DNA from: a candidate division FCPU426 bacterium
Lineage (GTDB): Bacteria > Oederibacteriota > PGYV01 > Palsa-1178
NCBI GenBank assembly: GCA_963840035.1
Contig: CAWIXE010000002.1
Location: forward strand, 96,001 to 160,000
Reading direction: 5' to 3'
DNA: 64,000 nucleotides
Shown here: piece after piece, positions 20,933 to 31,042 of the stretch
How the letters are laid out: each line of letters starts with the position of its first letter
How positions within the stretch are numbered: position 1 is the first letter of the stretch
Program-made: the position numbers and the translations under genes
Notes under the pieces: generated by a model
The model's input: the letters and a program-made list of their open reading frames with translations, nothing else
Databases searched by the model: none
Told to the model about the DNA's origin: nothing

Positions 20933-22280
20933 GAGCAGCGGCGCGGCGCGCCTGGCGGCCTCAGGTTTCCAAATCTGGGACATCTTTGAAGAGGAATCAA
21001 TAGTAAACACCATTGTCTTTGAAGACGGCCGGGTGGACAAGATATCCGCCGGGACAGACTATGGAATCGGCGTCCGCGGCGTCAGGGACTATAAGACATT
21101 TTACGGGTACACAAACGACCCGCAGGCATTATATAAGACCATAGAAACCATAAGCGCCGGGGCAGCGGCGGGGAAAAAGGAAGCTGATTTCAATTTAATT
21201 AAAGCCGGATTTGCCAATAAAGTGTCCATCATGCCTGACACTGTAACCCCGGAGCAGAAGATAAGCCTTCTAAAAAAGATAAATGACAGGGCAAGGTCGG
21301 CCGGGCCCGGCGTCAAGCAGGTGACGGCCACATACCTTGAAAGGATACAGTCGGTTGAGATCGTAAATGACCTCGGCCGCATGATAAAGGATAAAAGGGT
21401 TTATTCGACCTGCGCGATAATGGTCATAGCGGAGAAAAACGGCAGGATAGAAACGGGCTATACGGTTTTATCGGGCCACGCGGGTTTTGAGATCTTTGAA
21501 GACAAAGAAGTGCTGAAAAAAACAGACGAAGCCTCGGGCCTGGCCTTAAGGCTCCTGGACGCTGATAAAAAAATTACCGGCGAAATGACCGCCGTAATCT
21601 CCTGCAGGGCGGGCGGCACTATGATTCACGAAGCTGTCGGACATTCACTTGAGGCGGACCTCGTGCAGAAAGGCGTGTCGCAGTACCGCGGGAAAAAAGG
21701 GTCAAAAGTGGCCTCTGATGTAATCACGGTAATTGACGACGCGACCATACAGGGCAGGCGCGGTTCTTTCTCGTTTGATGACGAAGGCACGCCGTCGGAG
21801 AAAACAGTACTCATAGAAAAAGGCATTCTTAAGAATTTCATGTATGACAGGGAAACGGCGTCAAAAGACAAAGTGGATTCAACGGGAAACGGAAGAAGGG
21901 AATCATATAAATTCAAGCCGATACCCAGGATGCGCAATACCATGATTGCCTCCGGCAAAGGCTCTGCCGAGGACATTATTAAAGATACAAAGAGCGGTAT
22001 TTTTGTTGTGAAGATGGGCGGAGGCCAGGTAAACACGGTCACCGGCGAGTTTGTCTTTGAGGTAAAGGACGGATACATGATTGAAGGCGGGAAGATAACA
22101 TCTCCAGTGCGCGGCGCGACGCTTATGGGGACCGGGACGGAAGTGTTAAATACCATAGACGCGGTTTGTGATGACATCGGTTTTGACGCGGGTACCTGCG
22201 GCAAGGACGGACAGGGAGTGCCTGTTGCGGACGCCCAGCCGACGCTGAGGATACCTAAGATTTTGGTGGGAAGTAAATAA
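20922..22280 (+). CDS. tldD: TldD family metalloprotease
   Basis: 'HEAVGHSLEAD', 'FDDEG', 'STGNGRRE...PIPRMRNT', 'GGQV', 'CGKDGQGVPV...QPT'. Confidence 0.92.
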   Translation: MLDKSSGAARLAASGFQIWDIFEEESIVNTIVFEDGRVDKISAGTDYGIGVRGVRDYKTFYGYTNDPQALYKTIETISAGAAAGKKEADFNLIKAGFANKVSIMPDTVTPEQKISLLKKINDRARSAGPGVKQVTATYLERIQSVEIVNDLGRMIKDKRVYSTCAIMVIAEKNGRIETGYTVLSGHAGFEIFEDKEVLKKTDEASGLALRLLDADKKITGEMTAVISCRAGGTMIHEAVGHSLEADLVQKGVSQYRGKKGSKVASDVITVIDDATIQGRRGSFSFDDEGTPSEKTVLIEKGILKNFMYDRETASKDKVDSTGNGRRESYKFKPIPRMRNTMIASGKGSAEDIIKDTKSGIFVVKMGGGQVNTVTGEFVFEVKDGYMIEGGKITSPVRGATLMGTGTEVLNTIDAVCDDIGFDAGTCGKDGQGVPVADAQPTLRIPKILVGSK

Positions 22281-22333
22281 ATTCTGAATTCTGGATTCTA
22301 AATTTTGGATTCAAACATATTACGGAGGACAAG

Positions 22334-23107
22334 ATGAAAAAAACAATGATGCTTATGACTTCAATGTTACTGATTGCCGGCGTTATTTTTGCGGCTGAGC
22401 CGGTCACAAATACTGCCAAGGCAGCTGAAGTAAAAGCCACTGTTGCGGCAACTGCCGCGCCGACGGCTGTTCCTACAATTGCTCCGGCGGCTGTTACTTC
22501 GACTCCGGCAGCCATAGAAGGCATGACGCCTCCGGCTCCGGGCGGCCTTGAAGGCGCTTATGAAGAGGCGAATGAACCTGTACCCGGGCCTGAAGTGACG
22601 CCTGAAGCATTAACACCCAATCACAGGAAGGACAGGCACTTTACCGTTGAAATGACCTTATACACCCCGAGCGCGCTCGGCACCAGGCTGGGGTATTTTA
22701 TAAATGAGAACTGGAAAGTTATAGGCGAGTTTTCTACGGTCTCATCGCTGCTTGCGAATTCCGCGGGCGAAAAAAACCTGTCGTGGGCTGTGGGAGGCAA
22801 TTACTCGCCGGCGGACGACGACCTGTCGCCATTTTTTGGGGCTAGCTTTTCTTCTATTGATATCGCCTATGACAGCAAGGATGGAGCTGATGTAATAAAG
22901 AACTATAAAACATTTTTAGGCGCTGTCTTGAACGCGGGCTTAACTTATGTTTCCGAATCACCGCTGTTTCTTTCGCTTGAATTTGACCTGTATGCCGGAA
23001 GGTTCACACGGAAGCAGGTAAACGATACCACCCATGCAGTACCAACGGATGATACAAAATGGACCCTGTCCGTGATGCTTGGCGGAGGCATAGGAGTTAT
23101 TTTTTAA
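22334..23107 (+). CDS. Exported protein with Ala/Thr/Pro linker and probable outer-membrane beta-barrel
   Basis: Signal peptide, low-complexity linker, alternating beta-like strands, C-terminal 'GGGIGVIF'. Confidence 0.55.
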   Translation: MKKTMMLMTSMLLIAGVIFAAEPVTNTAKAAEVKATVAATAAPTAVPTIAPAAVTSTPAAIEGMTPPAPGGLEGAYEEANEPVPGPEVTPEALTPNHRKDRHFTVEMTLYTPSALGTRLGYFINENWKVIGEFSTVSSLLANSAGEKNLSWAVGGNYSPADDDLSPFFGASFSSIDIAYDSKDGADVIKNYKTFLGAVLNAGLTYVSESPLFLSLEFDLYAGRFTRKQVNDTTHAVPTDDTKWTLSVMLGGGIGVIF

Positions 23108-23137
23108 GCAATGCATAATAGGCAATAACGCACCGTT

Positions 23138-23217
23138 GAACCGCAGCAAGCGGCGGCTCTACGAAGAGCAAGGCGGGATTCTTTTGGTTTTTGTAGAGCC
23201 GCTGCTTGCTGCGGCTC
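23138..23217. repeat. Pair of GTAGAGCCGC-family REPs (CTAC..GTAG facing inward)
   Basis: gaaccgcagcaagcggcggctctac ... gtagagccgctgcttgctgcggctc. Confidence 0.8.
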
Positions 23218-23329
23218 AGACGCCGGGTTTTGAATGTAACACAAGCTGTCACCCTGGCCGTCTAAAGATTGACAGCATATATATGGTGTGATAATGTTAA
23301 TAAAGTTGTTAAAAAATACGGAGGAAAAT

Positions 23330-24196
23330 ATGAAAAAACTGATGATGTCGGCGCTGCTTTTAACGGCAATATGCGCGTTTGCCTGCTGCGCCGGAACTTC
23401 AGAGACGCTTTCCTCCGCCGTTAAACCTGATCAGGCGCCTGCCGCGGTTTCAGATGCTGTTAAGCCCGCGCAAACACCTGCCGTTGTTTCGGCAGCTGTA
23501 AAGCCGGCTCAAACGCAGGTTGTTGTTTCAACCGGAATTAAGCCGTCACTTACGCCGGACGCGGCTGATGATTCCTATCTGTATTATCCCGCCCATGTGG
23601 GCAATATCCTGTATCTTAAGGCGCGGAAAAAGGCCGAACCGGATAAGGAAGTATTTGTTAAGGCTGAAATCATAAAGATTGAAAAAAAGGACGACGGCGA
23701 TTATTTCTATTTTTACGGACCCCAGGTAAATGTGCGCTATTTGATCGGTATTGATAAAGACGGGGTATCAATGAGGGTGATAAAGTACCCGTTCCCGTTT
23801 TTTGATATTTCCATCGAAGTGGATATAAAGCCGAAGATGCCCATAATAAAGTTCCCGCTTAAAGCCGGGGCAAAGTGGCACTATGAAGGCCAGGGCGAGG
23901 CCCACCTTTTATTCATACCCATCACCAGGAACTTAAAGGCTGATTTTGAAATAGTCGAGAGGGTCACAAGGAAAACAGAGGCAGGCGACATAGACTGCTA
24001 CCACCTGAAAGTACTGCTTGACTCGGGCGACGGTAAGGGCGTAACCACCGAGGAGTACTGGTACGCGAAAGGCATAGGCTACGCCATAGCGGATACAAGC
24101 GGGCATGTGGCGTCGATAGTCGGATATAAGATTTTTGACGATACAACCGGCAAATGGAATGAGAAGATACCTGCAAACGTGGAATTATACAAGTAG
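23330..24196 (+). CDS. Exported or lipoprotein hypothetical with N-terminal 'SxAVKPxQxPA' repeats
   Basis: GGAGG RBS, signal peptide with Cys, 3-4 copies of a 12-aa repeat. 'KFPLKAGAKW...TEAGDIDCY...EYWYAKGIG' beta-rich domain. Confidence 0.6.
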   Translation: MKKLMMSALLLTAICAFACCAGTSETLSSAVKPDQAPAAVSDAVKPAQTPAVVSAAVKPAQTQVVVSTGIKPSLTPDAADDSYLYYPAHVGNILYLKARKKAEPDKEVFVKAEIIKIEKKDDGDYFYFYGPQVNVRYLIGIDKDGVSMRVIKYPFPFFDISIEVDIKPKMPIIKFPLKAGAKWHYEGQGEAHLLFIPITRNLKADFEIVERVTRKTEAGDIDCYHLKVLLDSGDGKGVTTEEYWYAKGIGYAIADTSGHVASIVGYKIFDDTTGKWNEKIPANVELYK

Positions 24197-24225
24197 TCGC
24201 ACCCTCTACGTTTTATCGGGGTGCG
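24193..24225 (+). repeat. Single GTAGTCGCA REP overlapping the upstream TAG stop
   Basis: gtagtcgcaccctctacgttttatcggggtgcg, the reverse complement of the element's right half. Confidence 0.8.
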
Positions 24226-24258
24226 TACGTAGGTTGGAAAAAAACAAAGAGGTTTAAC

Positions 24259-25152
24259 ATGAAAAAAATTAAAGTCCTTTTAGTTGTTGTAATGGCGTTC
24301 ATCCTTTTGAGCGGGTGTTCGCTTAAAAAGACAGTGGTAAATACCACGGCGCTTATTATGGACGATGTGGTTGACGCTTTTTTTGCAGACCCGGACGCTG
24401 ATTTTGTTTATCAGGCAATACCGGGCAATCTTAAGCTTTTAGACGGGTTGATCCGCGGTTCCGCTTATGAAAATGACGGCCTGCTTTTAAAGGGCTGCAA
24501 GCTATACGGCATGTACGCCATGGCTTTCTTTGAGGATGTTACAACGGATAAGAAACTTGAAAAGGCCAATTTTAAAAAGGCGGCGCAGTTTTACCTGAAG
24601 TCAAAAGAATACGGCATGATGATACTTACGAAAAATTCGGATTTCAAGGCTGTCGTCGATACCAATCTGGATGATTTTACAAAGACCCTTGCCGCGTTCG
24701 GGAAAAATGACGTTGAGACTCTGTTCTGGACTGCTTTTTCCTGGGGCAGCTACATTAACTTAAACAGGAGCTCGGCTACGGATATAGCGGACTTGCCGAA
24801 GGTGAAAGCCATGATAGACAGGGTAGTGGAGCTTGAGCCGGGTTATTTTTACGGCCTGCCCAACCTGTTCCTGATAGTATACTACGCGATGCCGAAGATG
24901 TTTGGCGGAGACCTGGAAAAGGCAAAAGCCGCGTATGACGCTGTCAAGGCGGTTTCAGGCGCGAAATTTGTCCTTGCCGATTATTTTATGGCAAAGTATT
25001 ACGCTGTACAGGCGCAGGATAAGCAGATGTTCGACACGCTTATCAATAACGTTGAATCAGCGGATGATAATGTAATACCCGAAATGCTCTTTACCCAGGT
25101 GGCAAAGAGGAAAGCGGCGGTCTTAAAGGTGAAGGCGGAAGAGTTGTTTTAA
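24259..25152 (+). CDS. TRAP transporter TatT component (lipoprotein)
   Basis: Lipobox LSG-C, 'AIPGNLKLLDGLI', 'LFWTAFSW', 'PKMFGGDLEKA', helical. Directly upstream of dctPQM. Confidence 0.8.
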   Translation: MKKIKVLLVVVMAFILLSGCSLKKTVVNTTALIMDDVVDAFFADPDADFVYQAIPGNLKLLDGLIRGSAYENDGLLLKGCKLYGMYAMAFFEDVTTDKKLEKANFKKAAQFYLKSKEYGMMILTKNSDFKAVVDTNLDDFTKTLAAFGKNDVETLFWTAFSWGSYINLNRSSATDIADLPKVKAMIDRVVELEPGYFYGLPNLFLIVYYAMPKMFGGDLEKAKAAYDAVKAVSGAKFVLADYFMAKYYAVQAQDKQMFDTLINNVESADDNVIPEMLFTQVAKRKAAVLKVKAEELF

Positions 25153-25265
25153 TACAATTGAAGATAGCAGATTGAAGATTGCGGATTAATGGACATGGCA
25201 ATGTTGTAAGGTTTTTAATCCGCAATCTGCAATCAACAATCTTCAATACCAACGGAGGTTATGAT

Positions 25266-26270
25266 ATGCGCAAACTATGGATGGTTACAATGGCTTTATT
25301 TATGATGGCATCAAGTATGTACGCGGCTGCAAAGTACGAGATCAAGTTCGCTTCTATCGCACCGGACGGCTCCACATGGATGAACGTCATACAGGAATTA
25401 AATGACGCTATCGCGGAAAAAACAAACGGCGAAGTGAAGTTTAAGTTTTATCCGGGCGGCGTCATGGGCGATGAAAAGGATGTATTAAGGAAAATGAAGG
25501 TCAATCAGATACAGGCGGCGGGATTTACTTCGCAGGGGCTTGGCGAAGTCGTGCCTGAAGTCAGGCTTTTAAACCTGCCCCTGCTTTTTAAGGATTATAA
25601 CGACATAGACAACGTGATGGCAAAGATGGGGCCGGAGATAGAGGCGAAATTCCTGAAAAAAGGCTATGTGGTCCTGGGCTGGCCCGAGGTAGGGTTTGTT
25701 TACGTATTTACCAAGAATAAGGTTGAGAGCTTAACCGACCTGCAGAAGACCAAAATGTGGATATGGGGCGATGACATCCTCGTAGGGACCATGTTTAAAA
25801 ACTTAAAGATAGTCCCGATACCGCTCGGCATAACAGACGTCATGCAGTCACTCCAGACCGGATTGATAGAGGGAGTGTACTGTTCGCCCCTTTCGGCCAT
25901 TGCCATGCAGTGGAACACAAGGATAAAATCCATGCTTAATATTAAAATAGCAAATGTCCCGGGCGGCGTGCTCGTCAGCAAAAAGTCATGGGATAAGATA
26001 CCGCCAAAGTATCAGGCAGTGATAAAAGCCGAGGGCAAGAAGTATTTTGAAAAGCTGACTAAACTATCAAGGAAAGAGAATGACGACGCGCTTGCCGTAC
26101 TGAAAAAACAGGGTGTGGCATTTACCGATATTAAAAACCCCGGGGATTTAAAACTTTTTGACGAAGTAAGCGTGAAAACAGGCAATGACCTTGTGGGCAA
26201 GTTCTACGACAAGCCCACACTCGACAGGATGTTAAAAATACTGGAAGACGGAAGAAAGGCAAAAAAATAG
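25266..26270 (+). CDS. dctP: TRAP substrate-binding protein DctP (TatP-type)
   Basis: 'IKFASIAPDGSTW', 'KFYPGGVMGDEKDVLRKM', 'SLQTGLI'. Start MRKLW behind GGAGG. Confidence 0.88.
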   Translation: MRKLWMVTMALFMMASSMYAAAKYEIKFASIAPDGSTWMNVIQELNDAIAEKTNGEVKFKFYPGGVMGDEKDVLRKMKVNQIQAAGFTSQGLGEVVPEVRLLNLPLLFKDYNDIDNVMAKMGPEIEAKFLKKGYVVLGWPEVGFVYVFTKNKVESLTDLQKTKMWIWGDDILVGTMFKNLKIVPIPLGITDVMQSLQTGLIEGVYCSPLSAIAMQWNTRIKSMLNIKIANVPGGVLVSKKSWDKIPPKYQAVIKAEGKKYFEKLTKLSRKENDDALAVLKKQGVAFTDIKNPGDLKLFDEVSVKTGNDLVGKFYDKPTLDRMLKILEDGRKAKK

Positions 26271-26765
26271 TTGAAAATTTTAAAGCGCATTAACTACAGC
26301 CTATACAACATACAAAAAGTCGTGGTTGTCATACTGTTCCTGGCGTTGCTGGGTATTTCCGCGCTGCAGATCATACTGCGGCTTGTGTTCCACTCGGGCA
26401 TCCCTAACGCCGAAACCATGATGCGCTATCTTGTCATGTGGGTGGCGTTCCTCGGCGCTTCGCTGGCGGCTTATAAGGGACGCCACATAAACCTCGACGT
26501 GGTTTCCAGGTCGCTTAAAAAAATAAACAAGAACCTTGTTAAGCTCATAGTCAGCATAGCTTCCTTTCTAATTCTGGCATTTCTGCTGAAAGCATCCGTG
26601 GAATTCATTTTAAATGAGATGCCTGACAGCCCGGCTGTTTTCTTTGTCCCGGTCTGGGTCCTTGAGACCATAATCCCGCTGATGTTCTTTTTCATGACCC
26701 TTGTTTACCTGCAGGGGATCATTGATTCAATTGGGGCGATGATCAGGGAGAAAAAGAAAAAATGA
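26271..26765 (+). CDS. dctQ: TRAP small permease DctQ
   Basis: Four TM segments, 'QIILR', 'RYLVMWVAFLGASLA...HINLD'. Confidence 0.88.
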   Translation: MKILKRINYSLYNIQKVVVVILFLALLGISALQIILRLVFHSGIPNAETMMRYLVMWVAFLGASLAAYKGRHINLDVVSRSLKKINKNLVKLIVSIASFLILAFLLKASVEFILNEMPDSPAVFFVPVWVLETIIPLMFFFMTLVYLQGIIDSIGAMIREKKKK

Positions 26766-28039
26766 TACCCATAATCGTAGGGCTCGCGTTAATATCGCTC
26801 GCGTTAATAGGCACCCCGCTGTTTGTTGTATTCGGCGGGCTCGCCGTGGTGCTTTTTGCCATAGCGGGAATAGACACATCGGTTGTCATCATAGAGATAA
26901 GCAAGATAGGCACGAACCCCACGCTCATCGCCATACCCTTATTTACATTTGCCGGATACCTGCTCGCTGAGTCAGGCGCACCGGTCAGGCTCATCGCGCT
27001 CGCGCGCTCGCTTGTGGGATGGTTTAAGGGCGGCACAGCCATAGTGACACTGATAGCCTGCGCGTTCTTTACCTCTTTTACCGGCGTTTCAGGTGTGACC
27101 ATAATAGCCCTGGGCGGATTGCTTTTGCCCATGTTGATTAAGGACAAATACACGGAAAAATTCTCCCTCGGGCTTGTGACCACGGCCGGAAGCATAGGAC
27201 TTTTATTTCCGCCAAGCCTGCTGCTCATCCTCTACGGCGTTCTGGCAAATGTCCCGATATCAAAACTTTTTATAGCCGGCATCATACCGGGAGCCATCCT
27301 CATACTGCTCTTTTCTTTTTATTGCATTAAAGAGGGGCTGGTAGCGGCTGAAGTGGAGCCGTTTTCATTCAAGAAACTGTTCTCTGCCATAAAAGGCGCG
27401 GCCTGGGAAATACCGCTGCCGTTTGTCGTGTTATGGGGCATATACAGCGGGACTTTTACAGCGTCCGAAGCTGCCATAATAACCGCGCTTTACGCCTTCG
27501 TGGTGGAAGTGCTCATATTAAAGGATTTATCCATAAAAAAAGACGTCCCGCGCATCATCAGGTCATCCATGATAGTGGTGGGCGGAATATTTGTCATACT
27601 CGGGTCAGCAATGGGGCTGACGAACTATTTGGTCGACGAGCAGGTGCCCATGAAGATTCTCGCGTGGATGAAGATTTACATCACGCAGAAATGGCTCTTC
27701 CTGCTGATGCTTAATATATTCCTTATCGTTGTCGGCGCCGTGCTTGATGTTTTCTCGGCGCTCATAGTGGTCCTGCCGCTCATGGTGCCGATTGCAAGGG
27801 ATTTCGGGATAGACCCGGTGCACATGGCCATGATATTCCTCGTAAATCTTGAGATAGGGTATAACGCGCCGCCGGCAGGCATAAATCTTTTCATCGCCAG
27901 TTTCAGGTTCAGGAAACCGGTAATGTCGCTCGCTAAACACACACTTCCGTTCATTGTCATAATGTTCGGGGTGCTCATGCTTATAACATATGTCCCCGAC
28001 ATAAGCCTCTTCCTGGTGAAACTGTTAAAAGTTGAATAA
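26762..28039 (+). CDS. dctM: TRAP large permease DctM
   Basis: 'LIAIPLFTFAG', 'GSIGLLFPPS', 'FTASEAA', 'GIDPVH...NLEIGY...PP.G.NLF'. Confidence 0.92.
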   Translation: MIPIIVGLALISLALIGTPLFVVFGGLAVVLFAIAGIDTSVVIIEISKIGTNPTLIAIPLFTFAGYLLAESGAPVRLIALARSLVGWFKGGTAIVTLIACAFFTSFTGVSGVTIIALGGLLLPMLIKDKYTEKFSLGLVTTAGSIGLLFPPSLLLILYGVLANVPISKLFIAGIIPGAILILLFSFYCIKEGLVAAEVEPFSFKKLFSAIKGAAWEIPLPFVVLWGIYSGTFTASEAAIITALYAFVVEVLILKDLSIKKDVPRIIRSSMIVVGGIFVILGSAMGLTNYLVDEQVPMKILAWMKIYITQKWLFLLMLNIFLIVVGAVLDVFSALIVVLPLMVPIARDFGIDPVHMAMIFLVNLEIGYNAPPAGINLFIASFRFRKPVMSLAKHTLPFIVIMFGVLMLITYVPDISLFLVKLLKVE

Positions 28040-28065
28040 GTTTTTATAATATATAAGGGGGATTT

Positions 28066-28797
28066 ATGAAAAAAATCATTATGCCTTTGTTATTTGCTGT
28101 TCTATGTTTGTCCGGGATGTTATTAATACAGGGATGCCACAAAAAAGCGCCTAACACGCCAATAATGCCGACTTCAACTGAAACAGCCACACCGACAATA
28201 ACTACCTCTAAGACAAATACACAGACGTATACGGCAACTCCGTCCATAACACCCACATATACCGCCACGCCGACTTCCACAGCCACGCAGACTGTGACGC
28301 AGACGATAACGCCTGACGCATCGTCAAAAGCTTACGGATTTGAGGATAATACACAGCAGGGTTGGGGTAAGAATAATTCGCTCGGGGCTGCATCTTATGT
28401 TGCAGTGACAGATACCACCGTTTTCAGCGGAACATACGGCCTTGAAGTCAAATGCGCGTATGACTTAAGCAACGACAGGATAGGCATAAAAAGATCCTTC
28501 ACAGGGTATCCGGTGTACTTAAGGAATAAAACAGTTGACGCTAAAATATTCCTGACGGCTGAGATGGCGGTTGTGGCAAACACATACATGCCTGAGCTTA
28601 CGCTTGTGGGTTATGACGGTACAGTATACCCGGCTATATCACCGGGAACATATTTTGTGGCCGGGTGGAACTCCATGTCGCTTTCGGTGCCTGATACTGC
28701 CGAATACGAGATGATAGGGGAAGTAAGGATAGCCCTGAAAAATGACATGGCTTCAACATACAGTAATTTTACCTTTATTGACGACATTTCCTGGTAA
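28066..28797 (+). CDS. Lipoprotein with Thr/Pro-rich linker and beta-sandwich (carbohydrate-binding-like) domain
   Basis: Lipobox IQG-C, TxT tract, 'YGFED...GW', 'SGTYGL', 'GWN', C-terminal 'FIDDISW'. Confidence 0.6.
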   Translation: MKKIIMPLLFAVLCLSGMLLIQGCHKKAPNTPIMPTSTETATPTITTSKTNTQTYTATPSITPTYTATPTSTATQTVTQTITPDASSKAYGFEDNTQQGWGKNNSLGAASYVAVTDTTVFSGTYGLEVKCAYDLSNDRIGIKRSFTGYPVYLRNKTVDAKIFLTAEMAVVANTYMPELTLVGYDGTVYPAISPGTYFVAGWNSMSLSVPDTAEYEMIGEVRIALKNDMASTYSNFTFIDDISW

Positions 28798-28810
28798 CAG
28801 TGGCTTTAAA

Positions 28811-29296
28811 ATGATATACGTCATCACAGGCGTTTTAGGGTCGGGCAAGTCTACCATAGGAAAAATGATATCTGATAAGCTGAAAATACCATTCTATGAC
28901 GCTGATGAATACATAACCCATGAAGACCGCAAGAAGCTTTCCAAAGGCATCACCATGACCGAAAAAGAAATGAAAGACCTCATGTTTGCCTTACGCGCCA
29001 TAGTGGACAGGGAGTTGGCCAGGGGCGGAAGCGCGGTTATAGCCTGCACCGCGCTTAAGGAACAATACAGAAAACTGTTAATGCACGACCACGGGAATAT
29101 GAAGCTGATTTTTTTAAAGGGCGATAAAAGCGTTATTGAAAAACGACTTAAGCATAATAAGACACACCATAACGCGAGCTGGGAGATAGTGGAGAGCCAA
29201 TTTAAGATACTCGAAGAGCCCAAAAACGCGCAGGTTTTCGACATAACCATTACCGCGGAAAAGATAGTGGATGAGATAATAAAGCAGGGAAAATAA
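28811..29296 (+). CDS. gntK: Gluconokinase (GntK/IdnK family)
   Basis: 'GVLGSGKSTIG', 'FYDAD', 'VIACTALKEQYR', 'SQFKILEEP'. Confidence 0.8.
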   Translation: MIYVITGVLGSGKSTIGKMISDKLKIPFYDADEYITHEDRKKLSKGITMTEKEMKDLMFALRAIVDRELARGGSAVIACTALKEQYRKLLMHDHGNMKLIFLKGDKSVIEKRLKHNKTHHNASWEIVESQFKILEEPKNAQVFDITITAEKIVDEIIKQGK

Positions 29297-29376
29297 ACCG
29301 TTTTTACGTTCAATACGGTCCGGACAAACCTTGGCTTTTCGATTTATACAAACAACATATTATGATATTATCTTGA

Positions 29377-29494
29377 CTGTCATTGCGAGGAGCCGATTTT
29401 GGATTATGGCGACGAAGCAATCCCTGCTGTTTTTAAGACTTAAAGCGAGATTGCTTCGTCGGAAAAGAAATAAAGCGCCTCCTCGCAATGACAG
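29377..29494. repeat. Palindromic element of the GTCATTGCGAG...GAAGCAATC / GATTGCTTC...CTCGCAATGAC type
   Basis: 16-bp terminal inverted repeat ctgtcattgcgaggag/ctcctcgcaatgacag, with an inner gacgaagcaatc/gattgcttcgtc stem. Confidence 0.8.
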
Positions 29495-29533
29495 ATAAAA
29501 TACAATATGAACCGATATAAAAAGGAGACTTAC

Positions 29534-30685
29534 ATGCAATACAGGCCATTTGGAAATGACGGTTGGAAAGTATCCGCCCTTAGTTTCGGCGCCATGAGGC
29601 TGCCGATGATGCCCGGCGTGGATAAAGTGGACGAGGCGGAAGCCATAAGGATAATGCGCTACGGAATTGATAAGGGCATCAATTACATTGATACCGCCTA
29701 TTTTTACCACAACGGTATGAGCGAAGAGATTGTGGGAAAGACTTTAAAGGACGGTTACAGGGCGAAAGTCAGGATAGCGACCAAGCTGCCGGTCGGGCTT
29801 ATGAAAGAAGAGGCTGATTTTGACAAGTTCCTGAACCTTCAGTTAAAAAGGCTGGATGTGGACTACATTGATTATTACCTTTTCCACGGCATCGGCGACG
29901 GCGGGCTTGCGGCGATGAGGAAATTTGACCTGTTTAAGAAAATGGAAGACGCGAAAAAGGCGGGCAAAATAAAGCACATAGGATTTTCATTCCATGACAA
30001 GGCAGAGTCGTTCATCCGTGTTATTGACAGCTATGACAAATGGGAATTCTGCCAGATACAGTATAACTACATGGACACAGACAATCAGGCGGGGACAGCA
30101 GGATTAAAATACGCGGCTTCAAAGAACATCCCGGTAGTGGTTATGGAGCCGCTGCTCGGAGGAAGGCTCGCAAGGCCGCCTAAAAAAATAGCCGATATGT
30201 TCAGCGAATTCATCATACAGAGGACGCCTGCTGAGTGGGCGCTGCAGTGGATTTGGAACCACCCGGAAGTATCAACCATATTAAGCGGCATGTCTAACTT
30301 TGAGCAGGTGGAGGAAAATTTAAAATCAGCCCACAGGTCCAGGCCTGACCAGTTAAGCGGCGGGGAAAAGACCCTAATATTCATGGCCAAGGGAGAATTC
30401 CAGAAACGCACCGTAATCCCCTGCACCAAATGCGAATACTGCATGCCATGCCCGCAGGGAGTGGCAATACCGAGGAACTTTGAATTATATAATGAAGGCG
30501 CGGTATACGGCGACCCGGGCTCGCCAAGGTACACATATAAGCTGTGGATGAAACCTGAAGACAGGGCGTCAGCCTGCACCGGCTGTAAAGTGTGCGAGGA
30601 AAAATGTCCGCAGAAGATAAACATAAGCGAATGGATGCCGAAAGTTAACGATATAATGACAGGCAAGGCGGAGTATCCGGAGTAA
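29534..30685 (+). CDS. Aldo/keto reductase with C-terminal 4Fe-4S dicluster
   Basis: 'SALSFGAMRLP', 'GINYIDTAYFY', 'IGFSFH', 'MEPLLGG', 'CTKCEYCMPCP', 'CTGCKVCEEKCPQ'. Confidence 0.9.
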   Translation: MQYRPFGNDGWKVSALSFGAMRLPMMPGVDKVDEAEAIRIMRYGIDKGINYIDTAYFYHNGMSEEIVGKTLKDGYRAKVRIATKLPVGLMKEEADFDKFLNLQLKRLDVDYIDYYLFHGIGDGGLAAMRKFDLFKKMEDAKKAGKIKHIGFSFHDKAESFIRVIDSYDKWEFCQIQYNYMDTDNQAGTAGLKYAASKNIPVVVMEPLLGGRLARPPKKIADMFSEFIIQRTPAEWALQWIWNHPEVSTILSGMSNFEQVEENLKSAHRSRPDQLSGGEKTLIFMAKGEFQKRTVIPCTKCEYCMPCPQGVAIPRNFELYNEGAVYGDPGSPRYTYKLWMKPEDRASACTGCKVCEEKCPQKINISEWMPKVNDIMTGKAEYPE

Positions 30686-30880
30686 GGGCAATTAACAATT
30701 TACAATTAAGAATTAACAATTATGGTCTATTGCTGCGGGCCGGTGGCCCCTGCAATATTATAGTAAGGCGCGGATATATAGGTTCCTAAATTTTCTTTTA
30801 GCGGTTGCCTCCAGCTTTGCGGGACATGGCCATGTGACGGCCCGCACGGTTGAGTCACGTTGTGTTGTTTTGTTTTTTTA

Positions 30881-30968
30881 TCCCTCTCCCCTTGGGAGAG
30901 GGTAGGGTGAGGGGAAGTGAAAACTTGATTCACATCACCCCAGCCCCTCTCCTATATAGGAGAGGGGA
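30881..30968. repeat. CCCTCTCCC/GGGAGAGGG palindromic element
   Basis: ccctctccccttgggagagggtagggtgagggg ... tcaccccagcccctctcc..ggagagggg. Near-identical at 48698-48785, variant at 36039-36154. Confidence 0.85.
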
Positions 30969-31042
30969 AGAAATACCCACATACCACCGCTACAAATCCT
31001 TCTTTTTGTGTTATTATATCTAAAACGACAAGGGGAAATAAA

